From an uncultured Gammaproteobacteria bacterium (GTDB lineage: Bacteria > Pseudomonadota > Gammaproteobacteria > Magnimaribacterales > Magnimaribacteraceae), in contig CAYFFW010000005.1 in the NCBI GenBank assembly GCA_964342745.1, positions 1,046 through 65,045 of the forward strand: a DNA stretch of 64,000 nucleotides. Direction: 5' to 3'. Under the pieces are notes generated by a model. It was not told where the DNA came from. It was given only the letters and a program-made list of their open reading frames with translations, and did no database searches. The position numbers and the translations under genes were made by a program. How positions within the stretch are numbered: position 1 is the first letter of the stretch; each line of letters opens with the position of its first letter. Of this stretch, positions 47,474 to 56,804 are shown in pieces.

Positions 47474-47952
47474 TGGGATCAGAGAAAATACTTTATATAT
47501 TTGATAACTTGGAGCAATCCTTTATCGGAGAGGCTATTAGGAACTCAATTTGGATGTTTCCTTTTATTGAAGCAATTCACTTGATAGGTTTAGCAATTCT
47601 TGGGGGTTCTATCTTAGTTGGAGATTTAAGGCTTTTAGGTTTAATGCTCTCTTCTAGACCTATTAATTATGTAATTAGTCAGACCACCTTCGCTATAAAA
47701 CTTGGTTTATTTGTTTTGATTTCAACGGGAATACCCCTGTTTTTAAGTGAAGCTATTAAGCTTTACTACAGTAGAGCCTTTTGGATAAAAATGATTACCT
47801 TGATAATAGGATTATTTTTCTTATTTTTTATAAGAAATCCTTTTGCCTTAAAAGCTGAAACAGACACTAATGTATTTAAGATTATAGGCGTATTATCTAT
47901 ATCTACATGGGCTATTATTGCTGGTGCTGGTAGATGGATTGGTTTTTCTTAA
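47473..47952 (+). CDS. integral membrane protein of unknown function (paralog 2)
   Basis: Four hydrophobic helices. Motif PFIEAIHLI...GDLRLLGL. The GTG start shares 1 nt with the upstream TAG. Confidence 0.65.
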   Translation: MGSEKILYIFDNLEQSFIGEAIRNSIWMFPFIEAIHLIGLAILGGSILVGDLRLLGLMLSSRPINYVISQTTFAIKLGLFVLISTGIPLFLSEAIKLYYSRAFWIKMITLIIGLFFLFFIRNPFALKAETDTNVFKIIGVLSISTWAIIAGAGRWIGFS

Positions 47953-47973
47953 TCAAACTAGTAAAAAATAAAA

Positions 47974-49350
47974 ATGAATTCAAACCCTAACTCTCTTAGT
48001 CTTGGCGTAAAGGTTGGTTATGGAATAGGGGATATAGCCATATGCCTCTATTGGAGTGGAGTTGGTCTTTATCTAATGTATTTTTATACTGATGTTGTAG
48101 GCATTTCACCTGTTTTGGCAAGTGCAATTTATTCCATAGGTATGGCTTGGGACGCTATCACAGACCCTTCAATGGGTTTCCTTGCTGAAAGAACTAGAAC
48201 AAGGTGGGGTGTTTATAGGCCCTATTTATTATTTGGAAATATTCCTTTAGCTCTTTCATTTATTCTTCTGATGTGGGTCCCTCCTTTTGAAGGAACTGCC
48301 CTTTTTATATTTCTCTTGTTTGCAAATTTATTGCATAGAACATGTTTCACTATTGTAAGTGTTCCTTTTTCCTCTTTAACACCAAGAATCACTGAAGATA
48401 GCCAACAAAGAACTAATCTTACTGGTTTTCGGATGATGGGAGCACAGACGGGTACCAACTTGATGTCAGCTTTTGCCTTTCCTATTGTATTTTGGTTTGG
48501 AATGGGCGATGAAGCTAAAGGTTTTGTATTTATGGCAATGATCGCAGGAATTACTGCTCTCATCATTCACAGTATTACCTTTTATACGGTAAAAGAACCG
48601 CAACAAGATCAGGGAATAGAAAGGGTAGGAGAAAATTTTCTCGAAATTGCTAAATCAATTAGGCGAAATAAACCTTTCTGGTTAGTTTTTTCTGCTACCT
48701 TAATAGTTGGTGTTACAACTATATTTTTTGGTAATAGTTTAGTTTATTACTCGAAATACGCTTTGGGATTGCATGAATATCAAGGCACTATTTTATTTAC
48801 TAATGGAATAGTTGCTTTTGCCAGCATTCCAATCTGGTGGTTAATCTCAAATAAAATTGGTAAACGTCATACTTGGTTAATATCAATGAGTATTACTTTA
48901 ATTGCTTTTATTTGCTTTTATCTTTACCCAATATCAACACTTAAAGAACTATTAGTTTTAGTTGCATTTATAGGATTTGGTGCGGGAGCTGGAGGTATCC
49001 TTTTTTGGTCTATGTTACCAGATACTATTGAGTATGGAGAGGTGTATACAGGAGTCAGAAGCGAATCATCTCTTTATGGTTTTATGACTTTTGCTCAAAA
49101 AGGATCTATAGCTCTAGCTATTCTAATATTTGGATTTGTCTTTAGTTTTATAGGCTTTGAAGCTAACCAAGTTCAAAGTGCAGAAACTATTTCTTCCATG
49201 AAAAGAATTATGAGTATTATCCCTGCTTTTGGTGTGGCGTTAAGTTTAGTTGTAATTTATTTCTATCCCATAGACACAGAAACTCATAAACAATTATTGG
49301 AGCAAATTAAAAGTAAAAATCATAAGCTGGAGGCTTTAGAAGAAATATGA
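47974..49350 (+). CDS. MFS transporter, glycoside-pentoside-hexuronide:cation symporter-like
   Basis: 458 aa, about 12 TM. GYGIGDIA and DAITDPSMGFLAERTRTRWG are typical of the GPH/MelB family. Confidence 0.8.
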   Translation: MNSNPNSLSLGVKVGYGIGDIAICLYWSGVGLYLMYFYTDVVGISPVLASAIYSIGMAWDAITDPSMGFLAERTRTRWGVYRPYLLFGNIPLALSFILLMWVPPFEGTALFIFLLFANLLHRTCFTIVSVPFSSLTPRITEDSQQRTNLTGFRMMGAQTGTNLMSAFAFPIVFWFGMGDEAKGFVFMAMIAGITALIIHSITFYTVKEPQQDQGIERVGENFLEIAKSIRRNKPFWLVFSATLIVGVTTIFFGNSLVYYSKYALGLHEYQGTILFTNGIVAFASIPIWWLISNKIGKRHTWLISMSITLIAFICFYLYPISTLKELLVLVAFIGFGAGAGGILFWSMLPDTIEYGEVYTGVRSESSLYGFMTFAQKGSIALAILIFGFVFSFIGFEANQVQSAETISSMKRIMSIIPAFGVALSLVVIYFYPIDTETHKQLLEQIKSKNHKLEALEEI

Positions 49351-51353
49351 TCAACTGGGGTATTTTAGGAACCGGGATGATAGCTAGGGCATTAGCTGTT
49401 TCTATAAGAGATAGTGAGGGTTGTAACCTAAAAGCAGTTGCCAGTAGAGAAATTGAAAAGGCAGAAAGATTTTCTGATAAATACAATTGTTTGCCTGTAG
49501 AGGGTTATAAAAATCTACTTGAAGACGATGAATTAGATGCAATTTATGTGGCTACTCCACATGATTCACATTTTGATCTAGCTCTGGCTTCGCTAAAAGC
49601 AAAGAAGTCTGTGCTTTGCGAAAAGCCTATGACTATAAATTCTACAGAGGCGATGGTACTTATAGATACCGCTCGAAATAATGAAGTTTTATTGATGGAA
49701 GCCTTTATGTACAGAACACATCCACAGACCGATAAAGTACGTGAATTAGTAAAAAAAGAATTTAAAAAAAGTCCCTTAACCATTGAAGCTTCTTTTGGCT
49801 TCTCAGCTGATGTGCCAAAAGAACACCGTTTGGTAAACCCTGATTTAGGAGGGGGGTCCATTATGGATATAGGATGTTACCCTATGTCTATGTCTCGAAT
49901 GATAGTGGGTACTCAAGAGGAAAAGCTGTTTTCTAATCCCATTTCAATTAAAGCTAAAGGTGAATTATCTGAAAGAGGAATAGATTTAAATGCATCTGCA
50001 GAATTAGATTTTGAGAATGGTTCTAAAGCTCTAATTAGCTCAGCCATTAATAAAACTTTAAAAAATACAGTTCTTATTTCAAATGATGATAAATCAATTT
50101 TAATTGAAGAGCCTTGGCAGTGTGGCGAACAAGTAGGTCGTAAATCTAAAATTATTTTTAAGAGTAAAGGGTTTGATGATCAGGTAATTGATTTTAAAGA
50201 AAATAAAGGTGTTTTTACTTTTGAAGTAGATCATTTTGCCAATCTTATTCGTCAAAAAAAGACTGAATCAAAAAAAGTTTCTCATGCAGATTCTCATGGA
50301 AATATGATCTGGCTTGATGCCTGGAGGAAGAAGATAGGAGTTTACTACGCAGCTGATAATCCTGAAATAAGGAAATCATCTGTTCTAGGAAAAGAGGCTC
50401 TTAAAAATCCAAAAAATATGCCCTTTAATTCCATAAGAGGTTTAGATAAGAAGGTGTCCAGGGTTGTTTTTGGGTGTGACAATCAATCTAGCACAGACCA
50501 TGCTTTTGCTATGTTTGATCATTTTTTTTCCTTGGGTGGTAATGCTTTTGATACAGCTTATATTTATAACAATGGAAAAAGTGATGTTTATCTGGGGAAG
50601 TGGATGGCTCATAGAGGTCTAAGAGAGAAGGTAGTTGTTCTCGGCAAGGGAGCTCACACTCCACATTGTTACCCTGATTTAATAAGACCGCAACTAGAAG
50701 AATCGTTAGATAGATTGCAGACAGATTATCTAGATATTTACTGTTTACATAGAGATAACTTGGAAGTTCCAGTTAGTGAGTTTGTCGATGCATTAGATGA
50801 AATTAAAAAAGATGGTTTAATCAAGTTATCTGGTGCATCAAACTGGAGTTTAAAAAGGTTTTCAGATGCAATTTCTTATGCTGAAGACTCTAATAAACAG
50901 CCTTTTAGTATTTTAAGTAATAACTTTAGTCTAGCTAAAATGCTGACTCCTGTTTGGCCAGGTTGCGAGAGTTGTTCTGAGGAAGAGTTTAAGGATTACT
51001 TGAAAGAAAAACAAATTCCTATTTTTCCCTGGTCTAGTCAGGCAAGAGGCTTTTTTCTTGATAAACAGGAGTTTCAAGGATCTTTGCACATAGCAAATCC
51101 TAATCAAGAAGAAAAAGACAGGGTTTGGTTTAATGAAGATAATGTTGAAAGAAGAAATAGGTGCTTTTCTTTAGCAAAGGATAAGGGTGTTGAAGCCATT
51201 GAGCTGGCTCTAGCTTTTGTATTAAATCAAGAGTTTCCATCCTATCCTTTAATTGGCCCAAGGAATTATTTTGAAACGAGAAGCTCCCTTAAAGCGTTGA
51301 ATATAGATCTAAGTAACTTAGAAAGAGACTGGTTAGATTTAAAGAGCGACTAG
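49347..51353 (+). CDS. fusion protein: Gfo/Idh/MocA oxidoreductase (N) + aldo/keto reductase (C)
   Basis: The N-terminal half has WGILGTGMIA and LCEKPMT. The C-terminal half has FDTAYIYNNGKSDVYLGKWM and a typical AKR barrel. Confidence 0.8.
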   Translation: MINWGILGTGMIARALAVSIRDSEGCNLKAVASREIEKAERFSDKYNCLPVEGYKNLLEDDELDAIYVATPHDSHFDLALASLKAKKSVLCEKPMTINSTEAMVLIDTARNNEVLLMEAFMYRTHPQTDKVRELVKKEFKKSPLTIEASFGFSADVPKEHRLVNPDLGGGSIMDIGCYPMSMSRMIVGTQEEKLFSNPISIKAKGELSERGIDLNASAELDFENGSKALISSAINKTLKNTVLISNDDKSILIEEPWQCGEQVGRKSKIIFKSKGFDDQVIDFKENKGVFTFEVDHFANLIRQKKTESKKVSHADSHGNMIWLDAWRKKIGVYYAADNPEIRKSSVLGKEALKNPKNMPFNSIRGLDKKVSRVVFGCDNQSSTDHAFAMFDHFFSLGGNAFDTAYIYNNGKSDVYLGKWMAHRGLREKVVVLGKGAHTPHCYPDLIRPQLEESLDRLQTDYLDIYCLHRDNLEVPVSEFVDALDEIKKDGLIKLSGASNWSLKRFSDAISYAEDSNKQPFSILSNNFSLAKMLTPVWPGCESCSEEEFKDYLKEKQIPIFPWSSQARGFFLDKQEFQGSLHIANPNQEEKDRVWFNEDNVERRNRCFSLAKDKGVEAIELALAFVLNQEFPSYPLIGPRNYFETRSSLKALNIDLSNLERDWLDLKSD

Positions 51354-51407
51354 CATTTATAGAATTGTTTCAATCTTTGGTATAATTTTTTAAAAATAGG
51401 GGGACAT

Positions 51408-52478
51408 ATGTCAGAAACGGTTGCTAATCCAGAATATAATCCTGCAGGGGTAGGGGATTGTATAGATACAAATAAACTACCTTGGTTACCTTTGTCGAAT
51501 GTAGAAGGTCTTTCCATTAAGCCAGCAAGAGCAAGTTCGGAAAGCGGAATCTTTAGCGTGATAATGAAAATTGATAAAGGAGCTTCTATACCTGAATCTG
51601 TTTATTTAGGTGGTATGGATATGTTAGTTCTTTCTGGGAAGGCTGAGTACGAACAGGAAGGTTCCAAAAGTACTCTTAATCCAGGAACATGGGGTTTTAT
51701 CTCAGCTAACTCAAGAGTTAATTCCTTTCTAGCTTTAGAAGATACAGAAATACTTGCTAACTTCTTTAGTGGCGTTGCATTTTTAAATGAGGACGGTTCT
51801 TTAAGTTCTTTGTTCACAGCCATGGATGTTCAACAGATGGCTAAAGATACTAAGATTTTACTTGTTCCAAGTTCACTTTCAGCTTGCATGGAAGTAGAGG
51901 GAGAACCTTATAAGGGTAATGGAGAGCCATTATCGATAGCTTCTGGAAATGCTGGAAAACTTGTCAACGACAATGTAGAAACTGAATCTAGCTCAGAAGT
52001 AACTCATCCACATTTTGTAGATACTCGTTCAGTTCCATGGCTTGTTTTGCCAGGAATGGAGGATGTTGGTCTTAAAATTCTTAGAGTAAGTGAAGAAACG
52101 GGTTATGTCTCTTTAATAGTTAGACATAATGGTGTTGCTGATCCTCATACTCATATTGGAGCTAGTGACTTTCTGGTATTACAAGGAAGGTTAGGAGTTA
52201 GAGCTGGACCACCTGAAGGTTATGGACCCGGTATTTGGTTTTACGAACCTGCTGGTGCTAGACATGATGCAACGCAAAGGGTAACAGACGAAGATTTAAT
52301 CTATACAGCTAATCTTTATGGACCCGTTATGTTTGATTCAGGACCTGGAACCCAAATAGAAAATATTCTTTCTTGGGTTGAATACAAAGGGATGGCAGAA
52401 GCAAATGGAATTAAACTAGTTCCAAGCACTAGACCAGATGACTCAAGCTTACTAGCTTGGGCACCTTTATCAGCTTAA
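51408..52478 (+). CDS. bicupin protein (two ChrR-like cupin domains)
   Basis: Two repeats of the LPW-L/VLP...G(L/V)..K.L pattern. The second carries DPHTHIGASDFLVLQG. Confidence 0.65.
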   Translation: MSETVANPEYNPAGVGDCIDTNKLPWLPLSNVEGLSIKPARASSESGIFSVIMKIDKGASIPESVYLGGMDMLVLSGKAEYEQEGSKSTLNPGTWGFISANSRVNSFLALEDTEILANFFSGVAFLNEDGSLSSLFTAMDVQQMAKDTKILLVPSSLSACMEVEGEPYKGNGEPLSIASGNAGKLVNDNVETESSSEVTHPHFVDTRSVPWLVLPGMEDVGLKILRVSEETGYVSLIVRHNGVADPHTHIGASDFLVLQGRLGVRAGPPEGYGPGIWFYEPAGARHDATQRVTDEDLIYTANLYGPVMFDSGPGTQIENILSWVEYKGMAEANGIKLVPSTRPDDSSLLAWAPLSA

Positions 52479-52490
52479 AAATATTATTTA

Positions 52491-52529
52491 ATAGACCTGC
52501 TTTTCTTTACAAAGCGGGTCTATCTTTTT
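52491..52529 (+). terminator. intrinsic terminator candidate
   Basis: ATAGACCTGC...GCGGGTCTAT stem followed by CTTTTT. Confidence 0.6.
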
Positions 52530-52556
52530 AAAGTTCGAAAAGATAAAGGTATTTTA

Positions 52557-53891
52557 ATGGCAGAATCAATTAAAACTTTAATAAGTAATGCTCAAATCTT
52601 AGATGGTTCAGGGTCTGAACCTTATCCAGGAAACCTTATTATTAAAGACGAACTTATTGAAAAGGTAGAAGAAAGTTCGACTAATTCTCATAAAAAAGAG
52701 GATTTTGATTCCATCATAGATGCCACAGGTTTAACGTTAATGCCTGGATTAATTGATGCGCATTGTCATATAACTTTTGATGAACCATCTTCTAATGACG
52801 AACTCTTTTATCATCGTAGAGAAGGTCTAGCAGCAATAATAGCCGGACAAAATGCTTTAAAGGTATTGCAGTCAGGAGTTACTGGCCTATTAGATGCAGA
52901 TTGTATTTTCGATGTTGGGGTTGATTTAAGGGACGCTATAGAAGCAGGAATTCTTGTTGGTCCTAGAATGGCAGTTGGAGGAAACGCACTGCTCACTTCT
53001 GTAGGGGGAACTGGTGGAAGGGTAATCCCTGATAAAGGAAGATTAGGCTACGGAGCAGTAGTTAGGAGTCCGGAAGAAATAGTTCTTGAAATCAGAAGAC
53101 AGATAAAATTAGGTGTTGATTGGATCAAGATTCATGTTTCTGGATTAGTTCCTCGACAATTTTCAGAGGGAGAAGTTAAAGCATGGAGCTATGATGAACT
53201 TAAACTTGCATGTGATACGGCACACGAATTAGGTATACCAGTAGTTGGACATTGCAGAAGTGCAGACAGTGTAAAAGATTCTGTCCTAGCAGGAATGGAC
53301 CTAGTTCTTCATGCTACCTATATGGATGAGGAGGCTTTAGAAGTCGTAGTCGAAAAGAAAGTTCCAATTGTTCCAACTTTCACATTCCAAGCTAATTTAA
53401 TTGATTACTCAGAAGAAATGGGCGCTTCAAAAGAGTATAAAGAAATTTTTGAAAAAGAAATCGAAGATAACCTAGACATCTTAATAAAGGCTTTTGAAAA
53501 TGGTGTACCTTTATTATGTGGTAGTGAATCAGGATTTTCTGTAACCCCTTATGGAGATTGGCATTACAAAGAAATGGAGGTTTTTGTAAAAAAACTTGGC
53601 TTAACTCCTTTACAGGCAATCAAAAGTGCTACTAAAGATGCAGCAAAAGCTTTAAGAAAAGAAGGGGAAGTTGGCTTAATTAAAGAAGGTTATTTAGCTG
53701 ATATATTACTCATAGATGGTGACCCTTCAAAAGATGTAACTATCTTAGGAAATAAGGAATTAATTAAAAATGTTTTCCTTAATGGCAAGGAAATAGATCT
53801 AACCCCTCCAATGGAAAGGGTTAAAGACCCAGAGGGTTGGAGAGTATCTTCCTATTCTGAAAGAATTTTAAAAAAGAACACTAAGAAATGA
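52557..53891 (+). CDS. amidohydrolase family protein (metal-dependent, imidazolonepropionase/prolidase-like)
   Basis: LMPGLIDAHCH metal motif and C-terminal ADILLIDGDP. Confidence 0.8.
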   Translation: MAESIKTLISNAQILDGSGSEPYPGNLIIKDELIEKVEESSTNSHKKEDFDSIIDATGLTLMPGLIDAHCHITFDEPSSNDELFYHRREGLAAIIAGQNALKVLQSGVTGLLDADCIFDVGVDLRDAIEAGILVGPRMAVGGNALLTSVGGTGGRVIPDKGRLGYGAVVRSPEEIVLEIRRQIKLGVDWIKIHVSGLVPRQFSEGEVKAWSYDELKLACDTAHELGIPVVGHCRSADSVKDSVLAGMDLVLHATYMDEEALEVVVEKKVPIVPTFTFQANLIDYSEEMGASKEYKEIFEKEIEDNLDILIKAFENGVPLLCGSESGFSVTPYGDWHYKEMEVFVKKLGLTPLQAIKSATKDAAKALRKEGEVGLIKEGYLADILLIDGDPSKDVTILGNKELIKNVFLNGKEIDLTPPMERVKDPEGWRVSSYSERILKKNTKK

Positions 53892-54631
53892 AAAGCCTAA
53901 TAGTCACTGGCGCAGCTGGAGGGATAGGTTCTCAAATTGCTAAACAAGCCAGCGAAAAAAACTACCGTGTCGGCCTAATGGATTTAGACGAGAAGAAACT
54001 TGAAGATCTTGCCAAGTTAATTCCTAATTCATTGGCTTTGCCAACAGATATAACTGATGAAGAATCAGTTACTGAAAGCATTAATGGCTTTGGCAGTTCA
54101 ATAGATGCTCTAGTTAATTGTGCTGGAATAGTAAGATTTGGAGGTCTTTTAGAGCAAGATATAAAAGATTTTAGAGACGTCATAAATGTAAACCTTCTTG
54201 GCTGTTTTATTGTTAGCTGTGCTGTTGCAAGAGTCATGATTAAACATGGTGAAGGAAATATTGTGAATATAAGCTCTATCAGTGGTGGAAAGCATCCTGC
54301 AATTCATTCAGGAGCCTATGCAGCAGCTAAAGCAGGAATAGTCATGCTTACTGAGCAGATGTCTCTTGAATGGGGTAAAGAAGGAATACGTGTAAACGCA
54401 ATATCCCCTGGATTCATCAACACTGGTATGGCCGCTTCGCACTATAAAAATCAAAAAGAAAGAGAAAAGAGAGAAGACATGGTTCCATTAGGAAGATTAG
54501 GAAGTTCTGAAGATGTAGCTAAAGTAGTTATGTTTCTTCTTTCTGAAGACTCTTCTTATGTGCATGGAGAAAATATCCTAATAGACGGTGGTGTTATGAA
54601 TAGCGTACTGGCTAATATAGGAAGGGACTAA
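53888..54631 (+). CDS. short-chain dehydrogenase/reductase
   Basis: TGAAGGIG and the YAAAK catalytic motif. Overlaps the upstream stop by 4 nt. Confidence 0.88.
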   Translation: MKSLIVTGAAGGIGSQIAKQASEKNYRVGLMDLDEKKLEDLAKLIPNSLALPTDITDEESVTESINGFGSSIDALVNCAGIVRFGGLLEQDIKDFRDVINVNLLGCFIVSCAVARVMIKHGEGNIVNISSISGGKHPAIHSGAYAAAKAGIVMLTEQMSLEWGKEGIRVNAISPGFINTGMAASHYKNQKEREKREDMVPLGRLGSSEDVAKVVMFLLSEDSSYVHGENILIDGGVMNSVLANIGRD

Positions 54632-54638
54632 TAAGAAA

Positions 54639-55616
54639 CTAATTTAAACGTAAAAGTCTTTTTGCGTTGTCAACAAGGAAAGATGGAGTAGAAGCTAGAT
54701 TATTTTTATCTGGTTGATCCCAACCAAGAAAATTAGTTCCCAAGACCTGTCTTTCTGTTCCTACTACAGAGTTTAAAAGTTCCAGAGATTCTTTTTGATG
54801 AACATGGTTATCAAACCATATTCTCTTTAAGTATTTTAGAAACTCTCCTTCTTTTTTTAACCACTCTGGAGAAGTAGGTCTTTTCTCTGCAGCTTTAGCC
54901 AATCTGCCTGCTAAGAATGCTACATTTCCTCCACCGTGACTAATACAGATATCAAGATTTGGATGTCTTCTTAGGACTCCTCCAAAAATTATTTTGCTTA
55001 GGGCAATGCTTTCGTCGTTAGCGAAACCTATAGTTAAGTCTAAGCTATAGTCATCAAGTCGCTTATCACAAAAAGGACCGTTAATACCTTGTGGAGCTGG
55101 ATGGATAAATAAAGGCACATTTAATTCACAACAATTAGAATAAAATTCATCCATTTCTTTATTGTCTATTCCAAAAGGAAAGTCAGTTCCTATATAACCC
55201 CCCAATAAACCTAGTTCCTTAACTGATCGATTCAGTTCTTTAATTGCCATCAAAGGGTCTTGCATAGGAAGAGCAGCAAAACCTCCTAGAGAGGTTGGAT
55301 TTTCAGAAATAATTTTAGCTAAAGAATCATTGTGAATTTTACAGAATTTATCTGCTTGTTTGGCTTCAATAAAATGAAAATAAGTAATAGGGTTGGGCGA
55401 AACAACTTGAAAGTCTATTCCCATTTCTTTCATGGCCTTCAATCGTAGATCTACGTCCATAAAAGGGGTGTTTTTATACCTAACTCCTTCTAGTCTATAG
55501 TTTCCAGCTCTAAACCAAGGCTCTTTATCTGTACCTCCAATCTCAGGTCCCAAGTCTTCAAGGACATTTAAAGTTTCAGGTAAGATTATGTGTGCATGGA
55601 TATCTATTACTTTCAT
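54639..55616 (-). CDS. amidohydrolase-2 family protein (ACMSD-like decarboxylase/hydratase)
   Basis: IDIHAHII, FIHP and CISHGGG motifs. Confidence 0.8.
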   Translation of the reverse strand: MKVIDIHAHIILPETLNVLEDLGPEIGGTDKEPWFRAGNYRLEGVRYKNTPFMDVDLRLKAMKEMGIDFQVVSPNPITYFHFIEAKQADKFCKIHNDSLAKIISENPTSLGGFAALPMQDPLMAIKELNRSVKELGLLGGYIGTDFPFGIDNKEMDEFYSNCCELNVPLFIHPAPQGINGPFCDKRLDDYSLDLTIGFANDESIALSKIIFGGVLRRHPNLDICISHGGGNVAFLAGRLAKAAEKRPTSPEWLKKEGEFLKYLKRIWFDNHVHQKESLELLNSVVGTERQVLGTNFLGWDQPDKNNLASTPSFLVDNAKRLLRLN

Positions 55617-55628
55617 CAGAAGAAGTGG

Positions 55629-56804
55629 CTACCAATCAGAACCATCTTTATCCATAAACCTTTTAATCCAATTATGATAATTTTGGACAGCAGGTTCATT
55701 TTTTCCATAAACAAAACTATAAGAACTCATTTTTGAAATAGTTGATTGAATTTGTAATCCCATTTTATAGTCTTCATCTTTAACTGCCTGCAAAACCATT
55801 TGATTGAAGTTTTCAGAAGTTTCCTTTTCAATTTTAGTTTTAGGTTCCTTTGCAGCTAGAATCGTCTGCCTGGTAATGGTTTTTTCAGGTGAAGCGGTAG
55901 GAAAGATCTGACTAACTAAACAGTGATCACCTAAGACTCCAGAAATAGAAAGATTGGGAAAACCAGAATGTATCAGTCTTATATTTTCAACAGGCGAATT
56001 CCAATCTGATTCAGGTTTACCAATAAGATTTTTTAAAGACTTTCGACCAAAAGTTAACCTCTGATGGGGTCCGTATGTATCTAAAACTAGCAAATTACCA
56101 ACGGTGTGCTTCCCAACGGTATCTCCGTGTAATTGGTTATGGTGATAAGCTTCTAGATAACCATCTAAAGCAACTTTCCAGCCAGGACCCTCAAGCTCTC
56201 GTTGATCAAAAATATACCAATCTTTTAGGTTAAGAGTTTCAAGTTCTAAAGCAAAATCGCCTAACCATTCATTTATATCAAACTTTATTTCAGGTGAAAG
56301 CATTACCCAAACCAGTCCAGCGCTTTCTGAACACTCCAGCTCTACTAAACCAAACTCTTCTTTATTAATCTCACCAAAAGTTTTTTCACCGTACATTCCA
56401 ATTAATTTTCCTTCATGGTTGTAGGTCCATGCGTGATAGGGGCAGATAAAGTTTCTATTTTTACCAGATCCTTCTTCACAAACAGGTGAGCCTCTATGAC
56501 GACAAACATTTAAGAAAGCTCTTGCTTTCATGTCTTCTGATCTAGTTATTAATACTGGTGTATCGACAATATTCATTGCTCTGTAAGTATTTTTAGAAGG
56601 CAGTTCACTGCTAAGACACAGGGCTAGGGGAAGCTCCTTATATATTCTATTTATCTCACTTTTATATCTTTCTGGATCTACATACGCTTCTACTGAATTA
56701 GACATTATTTGTTTAGCCTGATCAGTGGTCTTATTTTCAAAGTGATCAAGAGCTCTTCTTACAAGAGAGAGCATTTCATCTGAGTTAGAACTATTTTTTT
56801 TCAC
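55629..56804 (-). CDS. Rieske [2Fe-2S] non-heme-iron oxygenase, alpha subunit
   Basis: CRH-x17-CPYH Rieske motif and the mononuclear iron motif EAYHHNQLH. Confidence 0.88.
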   Translation of the reverse strand: MKKNSSNSDEMLSLVRRALDHFENKTTDQAKQIMSNSVEAYVDPERYKSEINRIYKELPLALCLSSELPSKNTYRAMNIVDTPVLITRSEDMKARAFLNVCRHRGSPVCEEGSGKNRNFICPYHAWTYNHEGKLIGMYGEKTFGEINKEEFGLVELECSESAGLVWVMLSPEIKFDINEWLGDFALELETLNLKDWYIFDQRELEGPGWKVALDGYLEAYHHNQLHGDTVGKHTVGNLLVLDTYGPHQRLTFGRKSLKNLIGKPESDWNSPVENIRLIHSGFPNLSISGVLGDHCLVSQIFPTASPEKTITRQTILAAKEPKTKIEKETSENFNQMVLQAVKDEDYKMGLQIQSTISKMSSYSFVYGKNEPAVQNYHNWIKRFMDKDGSDW

